A DNA stretch of 64,000 nt from a virus: IMG/VR virus record IMGVR_UViG_3300009130_000015, one strand, 5' to 3'. Position 1 is the first letter of the stretch. Each line of letters starts with the position of its first letter. The translations under genes were made by a program, and so were the position numbers. Shown here piece by piece: positions 46,001-58,200 of the stretch. Under the pieces are notes generated by a model. The model saw only the letters and a list, made by a program, of their open reading frames with translations. It did no database searches and was not told where the DNA came from.

Positions 46001-46219
46001 TACACGAAGAACGGTCAGAAGATTAAATCAAAACCCCCAAAGCAAGCGGGTTCTAAATCTTTCCACTCACATGGTCAAGCAATTGACTTACAGCAGATTG
46101 CTTCTATGAAGAATGAGGTTGTTTTCCAAGCGTTGAGAGATGCTGGATTTAAACAACACCCGAACGAATGGTGGCATTGGTCGATTGGTGAGTTTACTCA
46201 CGATCATGATCATGGTTGA
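43067..46219 (+). CDS. Cargo protein with a C-terminal M15 (VanY-like) Zn peptidoglycan peptidase domain
   Basis: N-terminal YVDQYVPAPFELM. C-terminal SFHSHGQAIDL (H...D zinc ligands) and EWWHWS (E-x-x-H). Confidence 0.8.
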   Translation: MGKGINRFESPVKDQYVQTYVDQYVPAPFELMQRKAEAEQKKFDTVQNNWDVLNQKMGERLLKADNPLMAEQMGTIQTTVDNALKEADGDWRKLNREIVNASGAYNKWIKTGLGAEALVQKKKMADNLKAIQDSKMGGDMKVAWANKLEDDYNTIGGVVHGGQVGDPILYDVSELQKTAQTMISQLKLDKDSNAYVNIDDKQGLLITGFEDKGDVSKERIRQLSGMMKNHPEFQAMVESEYAVKQPNMTKQDFADYRFAQMFSGLDANAYVEEKNRIKAKETTAAKEKAKKKKKYTPVTPKISKMDSFQYDPNAEFVDEDKDIVDDPLNTIMTNNANEGKNLVNGTLKDIYFKNNVPHGTTAENKEAFESNIAKWMTDHGVEVGKDGKPTDENYNDFIKFVATADDISSTNSLFNGNSAQQKIFRDKAKASYKNILRRNQLFEEAEQQLKSAGIVVASENAVKQNETGLINAIDAYYAKKHEGMEIDADYMTDLKQIIFEDDPTFFTAGGKNYKAKQVLNEIKHYNASDDKSKFTKSPEFIKMAEMFENLESSRDILGKKGDDDYYKNKINAILTNRMKGGSISIPESNQTNVKVYNRDTGKYEDGILSSDKLYKDFLKPKAEAVANMKMLDGTGKEVRLGDYITKTYGKLKPNEVEGIKAGILKSGMFTDVVDPVTGNMEVVFSDSKTGKKFRMPINIGGKGTENTLGIGEGELKLTKTQQAKMKLWGDVQAAKMGYLEYAPAGDPELGVSIHSKKRGLMDDDGATFDDALATNGNYNVSINPRKLGLYIPGPKGNTTLDRIEIPNDQAANVLLTYQSILDGNISEAQKQKYAGMSNHDIAKLYLRRKVESIQRVGAPQQESKPFTMETGGMGRTDDPVGSDAYTKKKEAEEALKKKSNEQVIYKDAKFTTVPIKDFYGNDVKLKKPVADALIVANTKLKDQGVDIKIADNYVSSDVKVKAYNEYKAQLKEYNSKGYYTKNGQKIKSKPPKQAGSKSFHSHGQAIDLQQIASMKNEVVFQALRDAGFKQHPNEWWHWSIGEFTHDHDHG

Positions 46220-46279
46220 TTAATATGATAACAATGCATTTTTGAGTATATTAGTGTCCTACACTTAAAAATATTCAAT

Positions 46280-49200
46280 ATGCCAATTCACGGTGATCAA
46301 TCTTTAGGAGAATCTCAAGGTATAAACGCAGCCCAAGAAGTTAACGAATTCGAATCTGGAGTTAAGGAATCATTAGATGCTACTCCCCAGGAAGATTTCT
46401 CGGTAGACTTTGATACTAAGGAGATTACAGATGCTCAATTTAAGGAGGCTGAATCCCATGGAGTTAGAGATATAGACTTACTTGATACTTCCACTGATGT
46501 TAATCAGGAGATTGAAGCAAACCAAGAATGGTATGAATCTGCATATCGTGCGGTGGAAGGTGGTATTGCTAAAGGTACAATGACTTTCCTTGAGAATGTT
46601 GGGTACTTAGCTGACATTCCTCAATGGTTTGGATACACTAATTCTTTCGAAGAAGGGTACACTAACATGTTATCCGAATGGGCATCTGAGAAAAAGAAAG
46701 AGTACGACGAATACAATCCAATTTATGGTGATAGTGCGTGGGCACAATCAATGAGAGGTCTTCAAGGACTTGTTGATTCTACAGTTGGTTTTGCTGGTAT
46801 TGGTGCTGGTGCTGGTCAAGTTATTGGTAGAGGTACTGCATTGTTAAACTCTATGGTTAAAGCAGGTCATATTACTGAAGCTGCTATTGCTCGCATTGGT
46901 ACTGCCGCTGCAACTAACTATGCTGAATCTACAATGATGGCTGCAGAGTTACATGAGAATGTAATGAATGATGCGTTGAGAAATGGATTAGATAATGCAG
47001 AAGCGTTACGTATTGCAGACAGAGAGTCTAAAGATTTCATCAGACAGAACAAGATAAACATTGCAACTGACATGTTCACATTAAGATCTATGGCTAAAGG
47101 TCAGGGAATTCTTAGTGGGGCAATGGATAAATCGAAGCGGGAGATTCTCAAAGCCGGGGTAATGGATGCGGCAGGTGAAGCTTTTGAAGAAGTATCTGCA
47201 GGTTTCTTACAGAAAGAAAATGAAAGAGATGGTTCATTAGAGATCGGTAGTATTGTTGAAGATGATTCATCTTACATTGGTAGAGCTGCCGAATATGCAA
47301 CTTCAGAAGAAGGAATCACTGAAGGAATCATGGGTGCTATTGGAGGTCCATTCCAACACATGACAGTGAAGGCATTCAATAAAGGAATCGAAGCAGGTAA
47401 GAAGAAGTTTGGATTGATCGATCCTGTAAATGACCCAGGTGAGTTTACTGAGGAGAGACCTGAGTTTACTGAAACTCCATCTGAACCTGTTGGTAGAAAA
47501 CCATTAGATCCTGTTGAAAGATATGTTAAGATTAACGCTAACACATCTAAGGAGGAAGCGGAGAAGTATGTAACGGAAGAGGACTGGGAGAACTATAGGA
47601 AAGAAGTTCAGGAATGGGCAAGAGGTTCTATGAGTGATGCTGAATACGAGAAGTCTAAAGAAAAGCACGAGAAAGAGGTTGAGCTTTATGAGCAAAGAAA
47701 ATCTGCTCACGAACTTGAGAAGAAAAAATACGAGGAGTACGTCTACCAGAAAAAAATGGGAGGTCGTGACCAGGCTAAGAAAGACGTGGAAGAATTCTTG
47801 AAGAATGACCACGAACTTAGAAAGAAATATAACAAAGCCGTATTGGATGGTGATCAAGCTGCAATTGCAGATATTGAGAATCAAAGGTTTGAAGGATTAT
47901 TCTTGAGGTATGCCCAAAGAGGTATGACTGAAGGATTAGAGGAACAACTTAATGAGATTAGAGACAACTCTGAGTCTACTGATGAGCAACGTAAGTTTGC
48001 TGAGAAGCACCTTAAGAAAATGGATGAGTACAAAGCTCAATACATGAAGGAGTTCAACAAGCACGGTAGACAGAAGGGTGAAGAGTTATTTAGATTAAGA
48101 AGTAGAGTTGAGAGCACTAAGGAAGCTCTATCTGATATCGATAAACAAGTCGATGAGGCAGGAATGAAGCTTGCTCAGGAAATGAAAGATGTTGAAGGTA
48201 AGATGGTTAATCCACTTCAGACTGAGAGAATGTCTTTGAATTCACTTAAAGGTGCACTCGAACATATCGAGAATAAACTTTCATTAAATGATAATGCGGT
48301 TATTGAATCGGAGTTATCAAAGAAGAAAGCAGATATAGAAAAAAGAATTGCTGAGATTGATAAGGAGTTTACAACTGGTAAACTTTCTGATTCTGAAATC
48401 AAAGCACTTGATGGTTATGAAGAGTTTGAAGCTCAGTCTAAGAAGAAAGCAGATGCGTGGTTGACTTACCTTGGATACAAGAAGTCATACGATTACCAAT
48501 CTTCACCCGCTTTTGAGAAAGACTTACAGAAGAAAAACTACGAGTACTTAAATGATCAGATTGTTAATAACACATTTAACGATCAGGATGTTGCTGTTAA
48601 CATGGCAATGATTACTCATTTAAACTTGAGCAATAAGCAGAAGAAGGAAATCTTAAAAGAGTTAGATAAAGTCGCTTCCAATATTGAAAACGAAGAGATT
48701 GAAACTGCTGCCGAGTATGAAGATTTACAGAGAAGAAAGAAGCAGTATGACGCTATGTATGAGGAGGTTACTCAATCATCACTTGACGCTTTAAGTGAGG
48801 TTATTCGTCGTCAGAAGAATAAGTTCACTAAGGAAGATGAAGTAATTGAGGCTGCGAGAAGAAACTATCATTCTGCTCAACAGAAAGTTCATACAACATT
48901 AGATCCTAAGTTCCAAAATGCTAACGTTGAAAGTTTACGTCAGCAATACCAAGAGGCTACAGATAAAGCGTGGGAAGAATATCAGGCTTCTAAGAAAGCT
49001 AAAGAACAAGCAATTAAGGACAACACGCAGAGGATTCATGATCTTAAGAAACAAATGGAAGCTAACAAGCAGCAAAGAAAGCGTATTGTTAGTTTACGTA
49101 ACACTGTAGATTCAAGACTTGAGGCTAATGACAAGTTCATTGGTAACAATGCAATGGAGTTTGAAGCAGATAGATACTTAAACAAGCTGAATGAAACTTT

Positions 49201-52200
49201 AAGTAATGAAACAACTCCGCCTCCATCACCAATGTCACAACCAGAACCATCGGCTCCTACCAGAGGAATTGGTGCGGTTGTAGGTGGTACTTCTAAAAAG
49301 AAGACACCACCATCTACTGTAGTTCAAGATGTTGAAGAGAACAAAGGTGAGAATACAGTACAGCAAGTTGAATCTAAACCAAAGTCAAAAAACACAAGAG
49401 GTGTTAGAGCACCTCACCCATACATTGATAAGTTAAATCAAGCAAGACAACCTAAAGGTCAAGACGGTGTTACTCCTCCACCATTGACAGAAGCAGATGC
49501 TCCAAGAGATCAAGGTCCAGCACCAACATTTCAGGAAGCTCCATCTCCTATGTCATTCGATGGTGTTACTCCTCCAGATTATTCTGAAGCAGATAGTCCT
49601 ACACCACCTTTACCCGAGAATGCAACACCTGAGCAACTTCAGGCTGCAGCTCAAGCAATGCGTGATATGAAAGATGAAGATTCTGAAGCATTAGCTTCAT
49701 CTTTATCTCACATGTCAAGTGCTGAAGTGTCTACTAAGGGTAAAGAGTTAGGTGAGATAGTTCCTACTGATTTTGATAACTCGGACGTAATCCCTCCAGT
49801 ATCTCCAGCTTTTAATGAACATGAGAGTAGGTTAAATTCTGAATGGGAATGGTCTTTCTCATACCAATCTACATCAGATGGTATTGGCGATGAGAATGAT
49901 AGCGGTTTAGTAGATTGGCTTGAGACTACAACGGATTTAGATAAGCGAGGTTATACGGTTAGATACGAGATTGACAAAGGTGATTTGTCTTTTGATTTCA
50001 AAGGATCCAAAGCAGCTTTAACTAAATACTTAAATGGTGAGACGTTAACTGATGCTGAACTTGCTGAACTTCCAATAAGAACTGTTGTGTACAAAGCCGA
50101 TGGTACTAAACTTATCCATGGTGGAAAAGAAGTATATGGGTGGTTGAAGCGTTCAAGTTACAACTTCATTGATAACAATGGTGAGAAGGGTGAAAGCTTA
50201 CTTAAAGCTCGTAGAGATATAGTGAACATTGCAAAAGACGGAGGTTACTTTGAAAGTAAAATACGTAAAGTAGGTAGTGGTAAATTAAAGTCTGAACCAA
50301 CGAGAAGAGAAGATCCTCGTCAGTTTTTAGATAAGGTTAAGCTCTTAGTATCAGATGGTCCTACTCTTATTGACCAAGATAAATCAATAGATGATGATTT
50401 TGGATCTGTTGGTAATAGAGGTTTTGTATTCTTAAAAACAGTGGATGCAAATGGTAGACCGTTCCCACTTAAAATGAATTCAAGAAGATTGGATCCAGAT
50501 GAAGTTAAAACAATACTTAATGTTCTTGTAAACTACTCAAGAGATGATGATCATAATAGCCCTGCTATAACTGAACATGTTTCAGGTCTTACTAATGGTG
50601 AGCTTATGAGCTTGTTGGTGTACGAAGGTAAAGCTTCATTGCTAAACGAATACCCTTTAAACGCTGACTTGAAAGCAGGTACATTGACTTTTGGTAAAAA
50701 GACTATACCGTTAAGTAAGGTTGAAGAGAATGCTCAGGAGGTTTCTGAATACCTTGCAACAATGTGGAGAACTACAAACGTTAGAATGCTCAACTCTAAA
50801 ATGGATAAGACATTCGGTAAAGACTTCACTTGGTTTGGGCAGGACATATCTGTTAGTGATATGAACTACAATGATTTCTTATTCAATGACGAAGCGTTGT
50901 CAACTAATGCGTCTTTCCCTAATGGTAGATTGTTCATCAATCCTCATGTTATAACTAATAAAGCTGAAGAGTGGAATAAGGTTATGCCAAAGAAGATGTA
51001 CAATGAAAAGGATGTTGCTGTTGTTAGAAGGGAGGCCGCTAAACTTGGATACGAAGCTGAGATGGTTGGTGAGTTATATCAATTAACACACCCTACTGAA
51101 AATAAGACAATCAAGACAAAGATGGTTGTTAAATCGTTCTTAAACCAAAAAGCCAAAGAGAAGGGTATAACTTTAGACTTCTCTCAAGGGAAGGTTGATA
51201 CTAAGGAAGTTACACCTCCAATTGTAGATGAGAAATCATCTACTACGATATTCGATCAAGGTCCAGATCCATTGGATTCTGTATTTGGAGAAGAAAAACC
51301 AGACTGGAGAGATCTTGGTGGAGATCCTGATTCCTCTCAAAGCCCGGGAGTTCAAACGAACGTAAACATGGATATGTTCAGAAGTAACTCTAATAAAGCT
51401 ACTGGTAAAGATTCTGCAGATGAGTCTAATAAAGACGGAAAAACCAAGAGGGTAAGAAAAAGAAAAAAGGACGGTGGAAATAAACCTGACAATTTTGATA
51501 CTAAAGGGCCTGATGCTCCTAAGTATTCTGAAATCACAATTGCTCGTCGACAAGTTAATGTAGAGAAGGAAATAAAAACTCTTAGAAAGATGCTTCCAAA
51601 TGTTCCTGTTAATATAATCAACGGTCTTATAAATGTACCAAGAGGTGGTGTTGCTGAAGGTAAGTTCTATAATGGTGTTGTAAGTATCTCAGACATGGGT
51701 AACGAAGGTGTTGCTTTCCATGAAGGTTTCCATGCGGTACTTGATGGTTACTTGAGTTATGAAGAACGCAAGGAGTTATTTAATGAGGCGAGAAATAGAT
51801 TTGGTAAGAACGAAAGTGATTTACAAGTTGAAGAGTTATTAGCTGAAGAATTCAGAGAGTACATGTTGAGCAGAGGTGAGCTTAAAGTCCCATCTATGTT
51901 TAAGAAACTATATAACATGTTAATGGATATTGTTGATTTGTTTAGAAGTAACAAGTCCAATAAAGTATTCTCCAGAATTAGAAGAGGTAGATTTGATTAC
52001 ACTCCTAACTTCTCAAGATCGAAGCAGGTTCTTTATAGTGAATTGAACGGAGTTCCATCTCAAGCTATGGTGAGAGATGCGGTAAGTACAATTGCATATA
52101 GAGTTGTTTCTTTCTCAGGTGTTAGATCAATGGATGATACAGCAAAAGCATATGACAATTTAGAGAGTGTATTCAATGATGTATACAACTCATTGTTAGA

Positions 52201-55200
52201 TGACGCAGATAGAGCTGAAGAAGCTGGACAGGATGAGATTGTTGAAAACATTGATATCATCACACATGAAGATTTCGACAACTGGGATAAGATTGTTCAA
52301 CTTACAATGGATGAGTTGAGTGCTTATGATTTAACAGAACGTAAAGATGATACAGATGTATCAGAAGAGAACGAAGAAATCTCAGGTGAGTTAAACATCA
52401 AACCTGCTTTATTGTATTCAGGTAAAGATAATGCTTCCAATAACACTAAGTTGATGGTTGCAATGTTGAGAGAACCTGGTGCGAAATCACAGTTCTTTGG
52501 CCCAGGCTTTGAGAAACTGGCAAACTTTGCAACGTCATGGAGACTGCTTGAAGACAACCTTGCTGGTATTGTTACCACTCAATCTAAAACAGAGATGGAA
52601 GGTATGCTTGAAGCCCTTGAAGGTTTAGCTGCTAAACATCCTGAGTTCAATGAGTTGTTATCTCAACTTAAAGCTGATGAGAGTGTTGTACCTCAATACA
52701 AGAAGACTCAATTCTATAAAGCATTCTCTAAACAATCTGTTTTATACAACAATGCAATCGTTACTATTAGTGGTAAGGATTACACTTGGAAGATTGGTAA
52801 TGCAGATGGTCAGAGTCATGCTAAGTTATTGAGAGCTGAATGGAATGAGGATTTCAAGAATCAGTTTACATATGGTGACCAGGTTGTAAAGAAGAAAGCA
52901 TTAAGAAATACTTTAGATAGATTTAAGAAGTTGAGACAACATACTACGAACGATATATCTGCTAAACAGAGATTGGATCCTCGTAGTTATAGAATACTTT
53001 CGGATATCTTTTCTGATTTAGGTATGGATATCTCCCCTGAGTCTTTCAAGTTGTTTGTTTCATCACAAAAAGGTAGAACTGAACAGCAGAAATTCTATAC
53101 GGCACTTGAGAAATCTATTACTCCTACGTTGTTGAATACTCCTAAGAATCCAAGTACACCACTTGAAGCAATGCTTAATGATGGTTATAAATATGATGGT
53201 GAGAATAACTTCATTACAGATTATTCTCAATTCAATCAACTTGCTTTAAACGAAGGGTTTACAAAGAAGGAAACATTAGAGAACATGGTAATGGGACCTG
53301 ATGGAAACTTATACTGGACTAAATCTCTTAACAACAGTATTACTAAAACTGTTTCTTTATGGAAGCAAGATCCTTCTGAGATGAATGGTTTATGGCAATC
53401 TCAATACCACAAGAAGTCGAGATGGCTTAATAGATTCATGGGATCTGATTTAGATGAGAGTGTTTATTCAGAAGGTGATCTTACTAAGAAAACAAGAGAG
53501 AGGCTTGAGCAATTTAGTGTTGAGGTATTCTTATCCAATCGTGTAGATGATGGTGAAGATACTGGTACAAGCTATACTGACCTGAATAAAATCGATGCAC
53601 CCATTGATTCTATAAATAGGACTCTAAATGGTGTTAAGAATAAATCAGGATTAGGATCTGTATTCTCTCCATTAACCCTTGCAGATAAGAGTTCTTTCTA
53701 CATGTTCTCAGGAATTCCTGTAGAAAAATTTAACATATCTAAGAACGGATATGGTAATGCTACTAATGTTATGCTTGAGTATTTCTTAGCTGAAGCTGAA
53801 AGAATTGCTGTTAACGTTGATAATGATGTAAACGTTGATTACTATGATGGTGCTTCCAAAAAGATGTTCTGGTTCCCAGAGTTATCTATTGGAACCCCTC
53901 TTGCTAAGAAGTTAAATATGTATACCAAGGATGGTCGTGTTAAGCTGGATAGTAATGAAGTGATGAATGCTGTTAAAGAACACATCTCAGATTCTATCAT
54001 AAAAAGAACTGCAGAGTTCGGACAGGAGATGAGAGAAAGAGGTATCATTGTTAAAAACGACAAAGGTGTTGAGATATTTAATGGTATTGATTCTGGTATC
54101 ATGAATTATTATGAAAACAATACAGTTGTAGAAAGTAAGATGACTCCAATTGATGAATTACTTACTGATTATGTTGTTAACTCTATGATATCAAACATTG
54201 AGTTTACTATGTTATTTGCAGGTGATCCGGCATTCTATAAGGATTTATCTAAGAGAACACCATCTACAATTGCAACAGGTGATGACTTAATGCATGTAGA
54301 AGGACAACCTAAAACATTTAATGTTGCTGTAGTTGGTGATATCAGTCATGACTCCAGTTTATATAAAGATTATTTAGCTGCGTTTGAAAAAGCAGGTGTT
54401 AAAAATCCAAAGACTGTACTTAAATCTTATTTAGGTATGGACTTAGCGGATGCTCAGGCATACATTACTCCTGAGAGATTTAAGTCTCTTATGATAATGT
54501 CAGGTAAATGGGAACCAAAACACGATGCTGTATTTGAAAGATTACAAAATGGAGAGGATGTAAACCCAGAGGACCTTTTGGTTATGCAACCATTAAAAGG
54601 TCAACACCATGAGCTACGTTCAGGTATCGATCAAATAAAAGTTCCTACATACTTAAAGTATTCTCAAGCTGTACTATGGGATAGTTTAGTTAAGGGTACT
54701 AAGAATGAGAAGGTTCTTAAACAAATGAGAGAGAACGAAGTCGATGAACTTGTTTTCAAATCAGGTATCAAGGTCGGAGCAATGGATGTTTCAGATATCG
54801 AATCTGTATACAATGGTGAAGGTAGTTTCACTCCATTTACATTAACAAATGCCAACTGGAAGTTACAACAAGATTTACCAGCCAAATATGAGAAGAAAGA
54901 AAAAGCATTACTTGGATCTCAAGTTCGTAAGAACATTAAAGCAAACATTCAAGATAGAGCATTCCTTGTTGGAGGTAAAGAGATTGATGGTTCTAAGTTA
55001 GCGGAAATGATTGACGATGTTGAAGTTGAATTATCTGACTTAGGTAAGAAAGAGTTCAATAAGAAGTACGGAGTTGTAGATGGTAAGATTACAAACATCG
55101 AACCTATCTATCGTCACCTTGAGGATAAATTCAAGAAAGACAGAGTGGATAACAACGTACTTGGACAGCTTGAAGCTAAAGTTGATCTTGATTTGATTTT

Positions 55201-58200
55201 CCAATACAAGGAAAAGATTGAACAAGAGTTATTTGCAGAGTTGAATAAAGCGACAGTAAAGCTTACATCTCCTGGTGGATCATTCATCCAGATTTCTGGA
55301 GCAGGATTCACAGGACTTAAGAAGTTCGATGCGGGACAGATTAATAGAAACGGTATTATTCCACTTCAGGATATTGATTCATTCCAAGGTCCTCGAAAAG
55401 GGAAGGATGGAACAATTGCTGCCGATGTTATGATTCCATTTAAAGCTGTTAGAAATATTCCAGGTTGGGAGAAGATGTCTTCTGATCAACTTAAAGATGC
55501 ATTGGGCGATACTGTGCAAAACTTAATAGGGTATCGTATTCCTAACCAGGGTATGTCATCTATTGATTTACTGAATGTAGTTGGGATTCTCCCTCCTTCA
55601 GCCGGGGATAGTATGGTCGTTTATGATGAAATCACTGGTAAAACAGGTTCCGATTTCGACATTGATAAGATGTATGTCATGATGCACCATACGGCTTGGA
55701 ATAAGAATACTAAGAAGCTTGAGAGAATTACGGATGAAAACTTGAATCATTTCCCAGGCGTTAAGAAGGACTACGCATCTTTCCAGAAGAAAGCATTAGA
55801 GAATAAGAGAATGGAATTATGGGGAGCTGTACTTAGTTCACCGGATACATTCATTGATTTAGTAACTCCTTTAGATTCAGAGTGGTTTAAGAATGATGCA
55901 TACTACGTGAGTCTTTTAGGTAATCCAGAAGATCATGATGAGTTCTTGGAGTTCTCAGGTGTACCTTCTATGGAGTCATACATTGAGCAAAGCAACACTT
56001 CCAAATATGAGATGGCTGCTAAGTTCTATAAGAATAAGAAAGGTTCAAGTTTAGAATTCGCTTCTCCACTTACTCAGTTATTGATTAAAGAACAGAACAC
56101 TGCAGGTAATGCAGGGGTTGGTCAAACAGCAAACCATTTAGCTCACCATATTTTATTACAACAAGTTGGTGAGGCAATGACGTTAAACCAAAATGGAGAT
56201 AAGATTACTGAAGTTATTTCTGCATGGTTGAATGCATACGTTGATAATGCGAAGGAACCATACATCTCTTTAATCAACAATAACACGTTTACTGCTAACA
56301 CGGTATTCTATATGTTGAGACAAGGTTATGATCCTAAGTTTGTTAACAGATTGATGTCTCAACCAATCATTAAAGAGTATGTTGGAAATCATTTCAATAG
56401 TGAGAGTAAGTTAGTTAAGCCTACTTGGAGAAAACAGAAGTATACTTCTTATAGTTTTAAGGTTGACGATACTGAGAACATTAGCTACAAGGAAAATAAA
56501 GCAAGTGTTATTATTAAACCTAAGCATGGTCAGACTGGTATTGTTAATGCTTTTGACAAGACGATTCTTGATAGAGGTTATAGTATCTCTAAGAAGCCAA
56601 TGCATTTAAACTTGAGTGCTTTAAACGAATACACAGTTGAAGATCTTGAGAAGTCATTGTTATCTGAGAATGAGAACGACCAAATTGGATTGTTATTGAT
56701 GTTTGAAGGTATTCGTCAGAATGCTAAACAATTCAATGATATGGTAAGAGCTTCTAAGTTTGATACAGATGGAGCCGGTTCAAGTAATGTTGAGAACTTC
56801 ACAACTCGTATGCTGGTTGACAAAGTTATCAATGAGAATAAGAATGCTCAGGCATACGAGAAGATAATCAAGGATACATTTGTTGGTGGTATGATGAAGA
56901 ATTCACATAGAACTGCAAATGATATCTTCGGAGATTTATTTATGTCAGGATCCAAAGCAGCGGTTAATAACCTTACAGTTATCAATTCGATGATTGGAGG
57001 AGATGGTACTAACCTGGATGTGAATAGTAAGATTGTTAAAGACTTCTATTCATACGTTTATTCGGGAGCAATGGGTGATTCTAATATCACTAACATGTTC
57101 TATGGTAATAAATCTATGGCACACAAGGTTAGAATGTTCAAAGACAAGTACCCATCTAACAAGTTATTATCTAAACTTCGTACTATACTTAATACTAAGG
57201 AAGGTCCATCATTTGTTACTTTCCCATCTTCTAAGAAGAAGGATAGAAGTGAGATCGATGACCTTTGGTTATCTTGGGAAGAGTTACTTACTGATGAGAC
57301 TTCTTTTACAAATAAAGCTGGAGAAACTTACACTACAAAACAGTTCGCTGAAGATTTAGTTAAGTATGCATTTGCAGCATCTGGGTTTAACAAGAATATA
57401 AACTCATTCTTCGACTTGATTCCTCACACATACATGAGAGGTGACTTAGGAAGCGGTCCTTCTTTCAATGGTATTATGAATTCTATCAAGAAGGATCTTA
57501 ATAAACATGCAATGCAATCTTCTTTCATCGATCAGTTCTTCAGACACAATTGGATGAATAAAGATATAGTTCCTTCTTATTCAAGTGAGAACAACGATAT
57601 GTTTAGAACAATTTCTTCAAAGTATCCTAAGACCCATGGTTTTAGAATCGATGCTGATAAAACACCTTCTTCAATGATGGTTAAAAACATCGAAGGTGAT
57701 TTGGATCCTAAACAATATGTTAGATTGAACTTCAAGAAAGGAGCTAAGAATCTTTACAAGTATGCAGGTAGAAAAGGAGATGACCTTTATTTCGAAAGAG
57801 TTACACCTCTTGGAATGTCTGAGAAAGGGAACGTAATCAAAGAGTATTCGTACGATAATCAAGTTGGAGAGAGTCATGTTAATACTTCACATTCATTTGA
57901 TACTTCTAAGATGAAGTCTGAGTTGAAGTTAGATACTCAAGCTGTTTATTATGGTGTTAATTTTGGTGTTGCAAATACTGTTAATATTGGTGAGGAAACT
58001 TCGGAAGGTTTCAAGGTGAGAGATACTCAATACCTTGATAATGAATTCGTTGTTGAAGAGTACACGAATAACAGAGGTGAAGCCAAATATAAAGTCGTAT
58101 CTTACACAAACCGAGGAACAGAGAATGAGAAATCAAGAACTGTAGTACGTGAATTTGATACTAAAGAAGAAGCATTAGCATCCGCAAAAGGAGTAGTTGG

